In this document: positions 51,429 to 61,016 of the stretch, one piece after another | Layout: each line of letters opens with the position of its first letter | How positions within the stretch are numbered: the stretch's first letter is position 1 | Assembly: GCA_963779415.1 (NCBI GenBank) | Contig: CAVZYA010000001.1 | Location: 608,001 to 672,000 of the forward strand | From: an uncultured Acidobacteriota bacterium | GTDB taxonomy: Bacteria > Acidobacteriota > Thermoanaerobaculia > UBA5066 | Direction: 5' to 3' | DNA length: 64,000 nt | Position numbers and translations under genes: made by a program | Notes under the pieces: model-generated | What the model was told of the DNA's origin: nothing | The model's database searches: none | What the model saw: only the letters and a program-made list of their open reading frames with translations

Positions 51429-53936
51429 TCAGAACCTCTCCCACTCGCCGGCGAGGAAGGCGCGAGCGAAGAAGTCGGGGCTCGCATCGGAGCCCATCAG
51501 CATGTCGAGCTGGCGGGCGCAGAGCGTGAGGTGGCCGAGGTCGACGAGGCGGGCCCGGATGGTCTCGGCCCCGTACTTGTCGAGGCGCGCCGTCAGAAGG
51601 TCTCCCCGCGCCTTCACCTTGAAGTCGAGGGCGGCGAGGACGGTCTCGAGAAATCGGACCCGGCGCTCGCGCCGAGCCGCGTCCGCCGCTCCCCCCGAGA
51701 AGCGGAAGTGGACGTAGTTCTTGTTCTGGCTCTCGCCGCAGTACGTGTCGACGGTGGAGAAATGGTAACCGGCCTTGGTCGAGAAGTTCATGTAGCGGTC
51801 GGAGACGATCGCGTACGAGAGCCTACCGATCTGCCGGGCCTCCGCCGGGGGGCCGGAGATGCTCTCGCCGAGGACGGAGAGGAAGCCGCTCATCGAGACG
51901 GGCCTCGGCTGGTTCCAGCGGATCCGCTCCTCCAGCATTCCGGAGATAAACGCGTTCATCGGCACGCTCGTGATCTGCCCGGGCCTCACGCTCTCCGATC
52001 CCGCCGCGTCGGGGGAGATCCCGCCGCCGACGTCGAAGACCCGGACGGTGATCGGGAGCGGCGCCTCGAGACGTTTCGACGCCTCCCGGTCGTCGACGGC
52101 GAGATCGCCGAAGTGGAACATCACCTCGTACGCCTTCTCGTGGACGAAGCGCGTCACGTCGTGAAGCGACCGGCAGCTCTCCGACTTGAAATCGGGTGCG
52201 GTGGAGTCGGTCAGCCGGAGAGGCGTGACGAACGCCGCGATCTCCCGGAGCGCCTCTCTGGCGGGGGTGTCGGTGAGGGGGCGGCGGATTCCTGGCGGAA
52301 TCGCTCCGGGCGGAGGCGGACCCGGAAAGACCTTACGGAGCCCGGCATCAACGGTCACGATCCTGCCGGCCTCGAGAACGGCCGTCGCGCCCGCCATGCC
52401 GACGATCGTCGGGACGTCGAACTCGCGCGCCAGGCTCGCCATGTGGCCGATCGGCGAACCGACGTCGGTCACGATGGCCGCGCAGCGGCCCATGACGCGC
52501 GAGTAGGCGGGCGACGAGTGGTGGGCGACGAGAACGCCGCCATGGGGGAATGCCGCGAGGTCGTCGTCGGGGCGGACCGGCACCACGGCGCCCGAGCCGA
52601 CCCCGAGACTGGCGGTGAGCCCCCCCGACAGGAGCGCCGGCCGCGAGTCGTCGACTTCGAGGACACTTTCCGCCTTGCGGGCGAGCGCGACGAGCGGGCG
52701 TGCCTGAAGGATGATCAGCTCCCGCCCCTCCCCCAGCGCCCACTCCACGTCCTGCGGGCCGCCGAAGTGCTCCTCCAGGCGGCGCGCCGCGACAACCAGC
52801 CCGGCGACCTCCGGGACCGTGAGCAGGTCGCTCGCGGCCTCGTCCTCGCGCCCCGGCCTCGCCACGATGAGCTCGGCTCCCTCCTCCCCGGAAGCGAGGC
52901 GGTCGGCGACCCCGAGCGTGGCGCCGATGACGACGGCGTCGGAGCCGGGGTCGTCGGGAGGTCGCGAGTGGAGTATCCCCGCGCAGCGGGCAGCGACCAT
53001 CGCGACGCAGCCCACGGCCATCAGCGCCGCGTGCGTCGGCAGCCCCCGCTCGTACCGGTAGGAGACGGCGGCAGGGTTGTAGGCGCTGGCGAGCACGCCA
53101 CGGTAGGCGTCGAGGAGCCGCGCGGCGGAAACGTGCAGCTCGGTGGCGTAGAGGCCCGCATGCGAGGCCTCCCGCGAGTCCTCGCCCACCGCGCTGGAGC
53201 GGACGGCCACCAGGCTTCCGGGGGGGAACGTGGCCGAGAAAGCCTTCTGGATCGCCGCAGAAAGCTCCTCCGGGATCGGGGCCGAACGGACGGCGGCCTG
53301 CACCTCGGCGCAGGCGGGACCGAGGGCCTCGGCCCCGTCCAGCTCCAGGACGCTCTCGAGCCGTTCACAGCGCTCCCAAAGCCCGGCCTCCGAAAGAAAC
53401 CGCCCGGTCGCGGCCGTGGTGATCGCAAAACCGGCCGGGACGCGGAGCCCCGGGCAGCTCCCCACCTCTCCCAGGTTCGCCATCTTGTTTCCGACGAGGG
53501 CGAAATCCTCTTTGCGCAGCTCCGCGAGGCTGACGATCAGGGGGGCGGTCCCTTTCTCCATTCCGCCGAGGAGCGGCTCCAGCTCGCCGTCCATCCGGCG
53601 CAGAGCCTCGTAGAGGCCGTCGTGTCGGCCGCCGGATAGCAGATTGAGATCCTTGACCATGACGAAGACGTCCATGGCCGCCTTTCGGACCCGCCCTTTG
53701 ACGATCTCCAGCGAGAACGGCTCGCGCCCCGCGAGCCGGTCCCCGATCTCGGCGACCAGCTCGAGGGTCCTGTCGTTGAGGGCGAGGATCTCCCGGAACC
53801 GGTCGTACATCATCCGGAATCGCGCCTGACCGGAACGCGGCGGCCGCTCCGCCTCCACCGGCCGCGTCCCTCGCGAGCCGAACGCCGACCGGAAAGAGTC
53901 GAGAAGGCCCCGGAGCGCTTTGCCCGTCGTCAGCAC
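51429..53936 (-). CDS. PEP-synthase/pyruvate-dikinase-like protein A (ATP-grasp + phospho-His domain + novel C-terminal domain)
   Basis: VGNKMANLGE, VPAGFAIT, AVRSSAVGED, AGLYAT, QDVEWA, ILQARP, GHMASLAREFDVP; no PEP-binding TIM barrel. Confidence 0.88.
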   Translation of the reverse strand: MLTTGKALRGLLDSFRSAFGSRGTRPVEAERPPRSGQARFRMMYDRFREILALNDRTLELVAEIGDRLAGREPFSLEIVKGRVRKAAMDVFVMVKDLNLLSGGRHDGLYEALRRMDGELEPLLGGMEKGTAPLIVSLAELRKEDFALVGNKMANLGEVGSCPGLRVPAGFAITTAATGRFLSEAGLWERCERLESVLELDGAEALGPACAEVQAAVRSAPIPEELSAAIQKAFSATFPPGSLVAVRSSAVGEDSREASHAGLYATELHVSAARLLDAYRGVLASAYNPAAVSYRYERGLPTHAALMAVGCVAMVAARCAGILHSRPPDDPGSDAVVIGATLGVADRLASGEEGAELIVARPGREDEAASDLLTVPEVAGLVVAARRLEEHFGGPQDVEWALGEGRELIILQARPLVALARKAESVLEVDDSRPALLSGGLTASLGVGSGAVVPVRPDDDLAAFPHGGVLVAHHSSPAYSRVMGRCAAIVTDVGSPIGHMASLAREFDVPTIVGMAGATAVLEAGRIVTVDAGLRKVFPGPPPPGAIPPGIRRPLTDTPAREALREIAAFVTPLRLTDSTAPDFKSESCRSLHDVTRFVHEKAYEVMFHFGDLAVDDREASKRLEAPLPITVRVFDVGGGISPDAAGSESVRPGQITSVPMNAFISGMLEERIRWNQPRPVSMSGFLSVLGESISGPPAEARQIGRLSYAIVSDRYMNFSTKAGYHFSTVDTYCGESQNKNYVHFRFSGGAADAARRERRVRFLETVLAALDFKVKARGDLLTARLDKYGAETIRARLVDLGHLTLCARQLDMLMGSDASPDFFARAFLAGEWERF

Positions 53937-53946
53937 CGTGTCCTGC

Positions 53947-54321
53947 TCATCGGACCTTGCCCGCCGCAGCCCGTCTCACCGTGTCGAGGAGCACGTCGAG
54001 CTCGATCGGCTTGAGCAGGTAGTCGAAGGCGCCCAGCTCCATTCCCTTGACGCCCAGCTCGGCCGAGGCGTGGCCCGTCAGGAGGACGACGGGGAGGGCG
54101 GGATAGAGGCGGCGGAGCCGTCTCAGCAGCTCGAGCCCGTCCATTTCGGGCATCTTCACGTCGACCACGGCGCAATCGCACGGGGAAGAACCGAGGATCG
54201 CGAGGGCCTCCGCACCGCTCACGGCCGTGGTGCAGGCGATCCCGCGCCGTTCGAGCCTCGCCTTCATCGGCTCCAGAAACTCCACCTCGTCGTCCACGAG
54301 AAGCAGCCTGAGATCCGCCAT
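53947..54321 (-). CDS. Single-domain response regulator
   Basis: LLVDDE, DVKMPEMDG, LTGH, DYLLKP. Confidence 0.92.
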   Translation of the reverse strand: MADLRLLLVDDEVEFLEPMKARLERRGIACTTAVSGAEALAILGSSPCDCAVVDVKMPEMDGLELLRRLRRLYPALPVVLLTGHASAELGVKGMELGAFDYLLKPIELDVLLDTVRRAAAGKVR

Positions 54322-54351
54322 GGCGCGTCCCTCCTCTCCGTCCGGCCCGCC

Positions 54352-56010
54352 TTAGCTCCCTTTCGCCTCCGGAGGAAACCACAAACTGAATGCGGCGCCC
54401 CCTTCCGGGCCTCTCTCCACCCCGATCGACCCCCCGAGATTCGTCATGATCTCCTGGCAGATGGCAAGCCCCAGCCCGGTGTGCTCCCGTGAGCCCTCCT
54501 TCGTCGAGTAGAAAGGCTCGAAGATCCGCGCCCGCTCCTTTTCGGGAATGCCGGGCCCGTTGTCGATCACGCGGACGCGGACTCCCCCGCCTTCGGCCTC
54601 GACCACGAGACGCACCTCTCCCTTCTCTCCAAGGGCGTCCAGCGCGTTGTTGATCAGGTTCAGGAAGACCTGCTGCATCCGCGACAGGCTCGAGCGGATC
54701 AGGGGGATGTCGGGGGCGTATTGCCGGACGATCCGGACCCCGGAGCTCTCGAGCTGTTTCTCGAGGAAGCCGACGGTCTCGTCGAGCGCGGCGGCCACGT
54801 CGACCGGCTCCAGCTCGGGCCCCACCCTGCGGGAGAAGCCGAGAAGCTGGTGCGTGACCTTTCGCCCTCGCTCCACCTGTGCCTCGATCTTGGCGATGCG
54901 CGCCCGGAACTCGTCGCGCTCCGGAAGATCGGGCCTCTCCGCGACGATGTCCGAGAGAACCCCGACCTGCGCCTGGATGATGGCGAGCGGATTGTTGATC
55001 TCGTGGGCGATTCCGGTGGCCAGCCGGCCGATGGCCGCCATCTTCTGCGACTGTGCCACGGACTCGTAGAGCCCGGCGCGCTCGGCTTCCAGCCCCCGGA
55101 ACTGGCGAAGCCGGTAACGGGCGATGAATCGCGAGAGCACGGGCACCGCAACGAGGCCGGCGAGAATCACGCCCGTCACGGCCGGGTGTCCTCCAAGAGG
55201 GAGAAAGGTGCCCGGCACGGGCTGGAGGGCCACCAGCACCCAGGCCTCTCCCCGAAGCCAGGCCGTGCCGAACAGCTCGCGGCGGCCGCCCCGCCGCCCC
55301 TCGACCACCCGCACCCCCGAGTGAAGCGGGACGGGGGGGATGTCGGCACGCTCCATGAGACGGTGCTCCTCGGAGTAGCGCGTCTGGTACTCGCCGTTGC
55401 GGTTGAGGATGAAGACGTCGGCCCCCGACTCGAGCCCCCCCTCGCGGACGAGCGACGAGAGCCGGTCGGTATCGATGCTGGCGCGGACGATCCAGTCCTG
55501 GCCCGCCTCGCGCTTCTTGACCGCCATCACCATGTGGGGAAATCGCCGGAACCCGAGGAAGATGTCGCTCTCGTACCGCCCCTGGACCATCACCTGCTGG
55601 AACCAGCTCTCGCCCGAGTAGTCGAGGCCCGCGAGGTTGTAGGGACCGGCATAAGCGACGTGCCGGCCGTCCGCAGCGATCAGTCCGAGGTCGACGAAGG
55701 CCCCCCCTTCCCTCCGGGACTGCTCGAGGATCGCCGAAAGGAGCGGGGGCCGGGAGAGCTGCTCGACCGGGAGCGCGTCCGCGATCATCTGGAGCTGCCG
55801 CATCGTGTCTCCGAGGAAGAGATCCACCGTGGCCTTGCGGTTCTTGACCATCGCCTCCAGGACGCCCCGCGTACGGCTCTCCTGGATGGCCCGGTTTGCG
55901 AAAGTGACGGCGATCGCGGTCGCGACGACGGGGACGAGACCGAAGGCCAGGAGGACGAAGAAGATCTGCCGGCGGAGGCGCCGGTAGGGATTGGGAGCGG
56001 GCTCAGCCAT
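54352..56010 (-). CDS. Sensor histidine kinase with periplasmic Cache-like domain
   Basis: TM, DLGLI..G.HVAYAGPY, WFQ, SDIFLGFR.FPH, TM, AHEINNPL, NLINNALDA, DNGPGI, GLGL. Confidence 0.92.
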   Translation of the reverse strand: MAEPAPNPYRRLRRQIFFVLLAFGLVPVVATAIAVTFANRAIQESRTRGVLEAMVKNRKATVDLFLGDTMRQLQMIADALPVEQLSRPPLLSAILEQSRREGGAFVDLGLIAADGRHVAYAGPYNLAGLDYSGESWFQQVMVQGRYESDIFLGFRRFPHMVMAVKKREAGQDWIVRASIDTDRLSSLVREGGLESGADVFILNRNGEYQTRYSEEHRLMERADIPPVPLHSGVRVVEGRRGGRRELFGTAWLRGEAWVLVALQPVPGTFLPLGGHPAVTGVILAGLVAVPVLSRFIARYRLRQFRGLEAERAGLYESVAQSQKMAAIGRLATGIAHEINNPLAIIQAQVGVLSDIVAERPDLPERDEFRARIAKIEAQVERGRKVTHQLLGFSRRVGPELEPVDVAAALDETVGFLEKQLESSGVRIVRQYAPDIPLIRSSLSRMQQVFLNLINNALDALGEKGEVRLVVEAEGGGVRVRVIDNGPGIPEKERARIFEPFYSTKEGSREHTGLGLAICQEIMTNLGGSIGVERGPEGGAAFSLWFPPEAKGS

Positions 56011-58588
56011 TCTCCGCCTCCCCCTTGAAGCCGTAACGGCCCGCCATGAATGCCTCCTCGAAGACGGTGACGAGTGCGTCGGAGGTGAGCGCCATGTCCA
56101 GGTGGTTGACGAAACCCGTCAGCAGCCCGACGAGAACGAGCGCCTGAAGCATCTCCGCGGCGGGGCGGTGACGCGCGCGGGCGTTGACGAGATCGGCCTT
56201 GCAATCGGTCTCGAAGCCGTGGCGCGCCAGGATCCGCTGGATCAGCATCGCCCGGCGCGAGCGCTGGTCCACGCCTGTGGACCCTCCCACGAAGCGGAAC
56301 GAGGCGTAGTTCGACTCCACGGCCTCCCCGACGCGGGCGTCGACCGTCGAGAAGTGATAACCGACCCTCGAATTGAGGTTCATGTAGTCGGATGTAATGA
56401 AGACATACGACGGCTCGCCCATCGCGCGAACCCTCACGTCCTGGTCGTAGTTGTAGTTGACGACCGCCGACAGGAAGCCCGAAACCGAGACGGGCCTCGT
56501 CATGCGCCAGCGGATGCGCGGATCGGTCAATCCGCGCCAGAGCGCGAGAAGCGGGACGGAGACGACGTCTTCGATCGTGACGTCGCCGGACGCCACGTCC
56601 TTTCGAAGGCCCCCGCCGAGATCGAAGAGCCGGCAGTCGATCGGGACCGTCGAAACGAGCCGGTGTACGGGCGTTCCCTGGCGGAGGGCACCGTCCCCGA
56701 GGGCGAACATCGCCTCCACGGCGGCCTGGTGGCAGAAGCGGATCATGTCGTGGAGCGTCCGGCACTTCCGGGGGGAGTAGCCGCTCGCCAGCCGGTCCCG
56801 GAGCGTGAGCGGAACGATGAAGTCGGCCACGGAGGCGAGGCGCTCGACCGCGGGGCTCTGTCGCCCGGGAGGCCGGACTTCCTGGGCACGAACGAGCGCC
56901 TCTTCGACCCGCCCCTCGTAGACCACCCCGGCATCCGCATCGACCGTGACGGAGGCGGCGCCGGGCAGTGCCGTCGTGGCCGCGTTCGTCGCGAGGAGAG
57001 CCGGAACTCGGAGCTCGCGCGCCACGGTGGCCAGATGTCCGGTGACCTCGCCCCTGTCCGCCACGAGAGAGGCGGCCTTGGGAAGCAGGACGGCGAAGCG
57101 GGGGTTCGCCTCGGAAGTCACCAGAACGCCGCCGGAGGGAAAGCGAAGGATGTCGAGATCGGTCTCCACCCGAATCGGCTCCCCGAAGCCGACTCCACCC
57201 GAGGCCCTCGAGCCCCCGTCGAGAAGGACGCGTGCACCGGCGACGCGGGGCGGGGGCGTTCGCCACGTCTCCCCGGCGTGCTCGGGCTGCGGCCGGACCT
57301 GCAGGACGAAGGCGCGGCCCTTCCGGTCGATGGCCCACTCCATGTCCAGGGGCATGCCGAGGTGGTCCTCGAGCTGCCAGGCGAGCCGGGCGACCGAAAG
57401 CGCCTGATCGTCGGAAAGAATCGGGACGACCCCAAGGCCGGCCTGGACCGTCCGCGTCTCGGTCCCTTCCCCTTCGGCGCAGGCAAGGAGGGCGTCCTGG
57501 CGCCCGGAGGTCCTGTTCGTGATCCTCCCGTGTCTGCGGTCGAGGAAGATCGAGTCCGGTACCGCCGAGCCATCCACTGCGGAAAGCCCGAGACCTCGCA
57601 CGGCCTGGATCAGCGTCCGGACGCCGGTTTCGGTCCGGCAGGCGCTGTAGAGCACCCCCGCCGACTCCGCGTCCACCATGGCGAGGACGCAGCAGCACAT
57701 CGCCACCTCGTCATCCTCGAGGCCGCGCCCGAGCCGGTAGGTGATCGCCTGCGGCGAGTACTTGCTGGCCACGACCCGGCGAAAAGCGTCTCCGATCCCG
57801 CCCGCCGGCACGTTGAGGAGCGACCGGTATTGCCCGGCGAACGAGACCTCGAGCCCTCCCTCCTGGAGCGCGCTCGAGCGGACCGCGAAGCGTGTTCCGT
57901 CGCCCCCGAGCGATGCGGCGCCCGTCTCGAGCTCCGCCGCGACGCGCGCGGGAAGTCGCGCATTTTCGATCATCTGGGTGATCCGCGCCGCGGCCGAGAA
58001 GGTGGCGGCGGTGTCCGACGGGTCGAGCGCCGCCATCACCCCGGCGATCTCCTCGGCGAGGCCGGATCGGCCGATGAACTCGCGGTACGCCGGCTCGGTG
58101 GTGGCGAAGCCGTCGGGCACCCGGCCGGGAAGAAGCCGGCGCGCCTCGCCGAGAAAGGCGCTCTTCTGCCCCACGACCTCGGCCATCTCCGCGCGGACCT
58201 CGGCGAGCGGCATGGTGAAGCCGACCGACCCGAGATAGGGCGTCACCTCCGCTCTCCCCGAAATCCGCCCTCGCAGGTCGTGGAAGCGGCGGACGAGGAC
58301 GGGGAAGCGGTCGCCCGTCATCCGGTTCAGGTTCGCGATCATCCGGAATGTCTGGACGGTCACCCCCGCAACGAGACGGCGGCTTTCGGCGGCCGTGACG
58401 GAGCGCTCCCCCGCGAGCGCTTCCTGGATCCGGGTGACGAATCCCAGAGCCGTGTTGTTGGCCTGCAGGACCTCCCGGTAGCAGGACATCCGGACGTCGA
58501 GGTCCGGCATCCCCCTCCTCCCGGGGAGCCATCGGAAGGCTCTCGGGGGCTCGGGATCAGGCGGGCGGTCGCGCGGCGTGGAAACCAC
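56003..58588 (-). CDS. PEP-synthase/pyruvate-dikinase-like protein B
   Basis: VGQKSAFLGE, VPDGFAT, AVRSSALQE, SFAGQYRS, DMEWA, LQVRP, TGHLATVAREL; same novel C-terminal domain as protein A. Confidence 0.88.
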   Translation of the reverse strand: MVSTPRDRPPDPEPPRAFRWLPGRRGMPDLDVRMSCYREVLQANNTALGFVTRIQEALAGERSVTAAESRRLVAGVTVQTFRMIANLNRMTGDRFPVLVRRFHDLRGRISGRAEVTPYLGSVGFTMPLAEVRAEMAEVVGQKSAFLGEARRLLPGRVPDGFATTEPAYREFIGRSGLAEEIAGVMAALDPSDTAATFSAAARITQMIENARLPARVAAELETGAASLGGDGTRFAVRSSALQEGGLEVSFAGQYRSLLNVPAGGIGDAFRRVVASKYSPQAITYRLGRGLEDDEVAMCCCVLAMVDAESAGVLYSACRTETGVRTLIQAVRGLGLSAVDGSAVPDSIFLDRRHGRITNRTSGRQDALLACAEGEGTETRTVQAGLGVVPILSDDQALSVARLAWQLEDHLGMPLDMEWAIDRKGRAFVLQVRPQPEHAGETWRTPPPRVAGARVLLDGGSRASGGVGFGEPIRVETDLDILRFPSGGVLVTSEANPRFAVLLPKAASLVADRGEVTGHLATVARELRVPALLATNAATTALPGAASVTVDADAGVVYEGRVEEALVRAQEVRPPGRQSPAVERLASVADFIVPLTLRDRLASGYSPRKCRTLHDMIRFCHQAAVEAMFALGDGALRQGTPVHRLVSTVPIDCRLFDLGGGLRKDVASGDVTIEDVVSVPLLALWRGLTDPRIRWRMTRPVSVSGFLSAVVNYNYDQDVRVRAMGEPSYVFITSDYMNLNSRVGYHFSTVDARVGEAVESNYASFRFVGGSTGVDQRSRRAMLIQRILARHGFETDCKADLVNARARHRPAAEMLQALVLVGLLTGFVNHLDMALTSDALVTVFEEAFMAGRYGFKGEAENG

Positions 58589-58619
58589 TGGAGAGTATGA
58601 CAGGGCTTGCCGAAGGCGG

Positions 58620-58650
58620 GGGAGCCCCGCCGAAACCGGACGGGGCTCCC
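58620..58650 (-). terminator. GC-rich stem-loop downstream of hppA
   Basis: GGGAGCCCCG-11 nt-CGGGGCTCCC perfect 10-bp stem; no U-tract. Confidence 0.5.
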
Positions 58651-58681
58651 GGACTCTCTCCTGTTTCGAAGCGGCGCCGGA

Positions 58682-60922
58682 TCAGATGAAGAGCGGCGCC
58701 AGGACGAGGGTGATCGTGGAAAGGAGCTTGATCAGGACGTGAAGCGACGGGCCGGCGGTGTCCTTGAACGGGTCGCCCACGGTGTCGCCGACGACGGCTG
58801 CCCCGTGTGTGGGGTTCTTCATTTTCTTGCCGTCCGGCGCCGTCAGGTATTTCCCGCCGTGCGCACCGCTCTCGATGTACTTCTTGGCATTGTCCCAGGC
58901 GCCGCCGCTGTTGTTGAGGAAGAGCGCCATGAGAATCCCGCAGATGGTCCCGACCATGAGCAGACCGGCCACGGCCTCGGCGGAGATGAGCCTGTTTTCC
59001 GGCGTGATGAACATCTTGAAGATGAGGCCGACGCCGATCGGAGTGAGAACCACGAGGAGGCCCGGCGCGACCATCTTGCGGAGCGCTGACTTCGTGACGA
59101 TGTCGACGCAGGCGCTGTAGTCCGGCTTGAAGTCGGCGGGGAACTGGATGATGTCGTTGAGGCGCGGGAGCTTGGCGTACTGCCGGCGCACCTCCTCGAT
59201 GATCGCCTGCGCGGCCTTGCCAACCGCCCGGATGGCCATCGACGAGAAAAGGAAGACCAGGGCCGCACCGATCAGCGCGCCGACGAAGACGACCGGGTTG
59301 GCGAGGTTGACCCCATGCATTTCCTGTCCGGCGTACTGCGCCACCTCGTCCATGTAGGCCTGGAAGAGGAGGAACGCCGCGAGGGCCGCGGACCCGACCG
59401 CGTACCCCTTCGTGAGCGCCTTCGTGGTATTACCAACGGCATCGAGCCGGTCGGTCTTCTTGCGGACGTTCTCCGGCTGCTCGGACATCTCCACGATGCC
59501 GCCCGCGTTGTCCGTGATCGGGCCGAAAGTGTCCATGGCAAGGATGTAGGCCGCCGTCGCGAGCATCCCCATCGTGGCCACGGCAGTGCCGAAGAGGCCC
59601 CCGTGCATCCCGGAGGAAGCCGGGAAGGCCGACTGCCCGAGGAAATAAGACCCGAGAAGCGCGGCGCCCATGACGAGGGTCGGCATCCAGGTGCACTCGA
59701 GGCCGACGCCGACGCCGGCGATGATGTTCGTGGCCGGGCCGGTCTTGGACGCCTCGGCGATCGACTGGACGGGGCGGTACTTGTACTCCGTGTAGTACTG
59801 CGTGATGTAGACGAAGGCGACCGACGTGAGGACCCCGACGATGCCGCAGAGGAAGAAGTGCCACCAGGCGTCGGGCGCGCCCGGCGGGTTGAGGAGCCAG
59901 TATGTCGTTCCGCCGAAGGCCACCATCGCAAGCACCACCGCGTAGTAGTAGCCGCGGTTCAGCGCCTGCATCGGGTCGATCTTCTCTTCCTTGTCCATCT
60001 TGACCATCATGATTCCGATGATCGAGGCGACGATTCCGAAGGCGCGCGCGACGAGGGGGAACATCATCACGCCGATGACGCCGGCGGAGAATCCGAAGTT
60101 GGCCTTCTCCGCGGCGGCCGCCAGCGAGGCCCCGAGGATCATGGCGCCGATGTTCTCGGCGGCCGTCGACTCGAAGAGGTCGGCGCCGCGCCCCGCGCAG
60201 TCGCCCACGTTGTCGCCCACGAGATCGGCGATGACGGCCGGGTTGCGAGGATCATCCTCGGGGATGCCGGCCTCCACCTTGCCGACGAGGTCCGCGCCGA
60301 CGTCGGCCGCTTTCGTGTAGATACCGCCGCCGAGTTGGGCGAAGAGTGCGACGAAGGAGGCTCCGAATCCGTAACCGACGATCAGGAGAGGGATCTTCGT
60401 CGGCTCGACGTTGCCGAACGCGTCCACGAGGGCGTAAAGCCCGCTCACCCCGAGAAGGCTCATGGCCACGACGAGGAGACCGGACACCGCGCCTCCCCGA
60501 AGGGCGATGCGGAGCGCGTCGTTGAGGCTGGTGAGCGCCGCCGTCGCCGTCCGGATGTTGCTCCGGATCGAGACCCACATCCCCACGTACCCGGCGAAGA
60601 CGGAGCAGAGGGCGCCGAAGACGAAGGAGAGGGTGATCCAGAAGGCGAGCGCGTACGAACTCCCCACGGGATCGAACGGGCGGTGTTCCCGGACGACGCC
60701 GTACCCGAGGAAAAGAACGACCGCGAACGCCAGGGCGAGGCCGAGGATCGTCCGGTTCTGACGCCGGAGGAACGCCTCGGCCCCCTCCTTGATCGCGTTC
60801 GAGATCTTCTGCATCGCCTCGCTTCCCGTCGAGAAGCGCAGGACCCAGCGGGCCAGATAGGCGGCGAAGAGCAGGCCGAACACCGAGAATCCGATTACCA
60901 GAAGGATGAGCTGTGCGGTCAT
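58682..60922 (-). CDS. hppA: Membrane-bound pyrophosphatase (K+-independent type)
   Basis: GGGIYTKAADVGADLVGKVE, EDDPRN, DNVGD, DTFGPITDNAGG, GNTTKA, GDTVGDPFKD; GAGGAG RBS. Confidence 0.95.
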   Translation of the reverse strand: MTAQLILLVIGFSVFGLLFAAYLARWVLRFSTGSEAMQKISNAIKEGAEAFLRRQNRTILGLALAFAVVLFLGYGVVREHRPFDPVGSSYALAFWITLSFVFGALCSVFAGYVGMWVSIRSNIRTATAALTSLNDALRIALRGGAVSGLLVVAMSLLGVSGLYALVDAFGNVEPTKIPLLIVGYGFGASFVALFAQLGGGIYTKAADVGADLVGKVEAGIPEDDPRNPAVIADLVGDNVGDCAGRGADLFESTAAENIGAMILGASLAAAAEKANFGFSAGVIGVMMFPLVARAFGIVASIIGIMMVKMDKEEKIDPMQALNRGYYYAVVLAMVAFGGTTYWLLNPPGAPDAWWHFFLCGIVGVLTSVAFVYITQYYTEYKYRPVQSIAEASKTGPATNIIAGVGVGLECTWMPTLVMGAALLGSYFLGQSAFPASSGMHGGLFGTAVATMGMLATAAYILAMDTFGPITDNAGGIVEMSEQPENVRKKTDRLDAVGNTTKALTKGYAVGSAALAAFLLFQAYMDEVAQYAGQEMHGVNLANPVVFVGALIGAALVFLFSSMAIRAVGKAAQAIIEEVRRQYAKLPRLNDIIQFPADFKPDYSACVDIVTKSALRKMVAPGLLVVLTPIGVGLIFKMFITPENRLISAEAVAGLLMVGTICGILMALFLNNSGGAWDNAKKYIESGAHGGKYLTAPDGKKMKNPTHGAAVVGDTVGDPFKDTAGPSLHVLIKLLSTITLVLAPLFI

Positions 60923-61016
60923 GAACGCTTATCTCCTCTCTTTTCCTGCAGAGCCAGGGGTGAACGGTGATACGACACCAGATACTACGACGAGGGGAAT
61001 CGTCAGAATCGGCGTT

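Noticed and set aside
51429-58588. Calling the two enzymes ppsA or ppdK
   Set aside because: They lack the C-terminal PEP/pyruvate-binding barrel, so the gene symbols are not justified.
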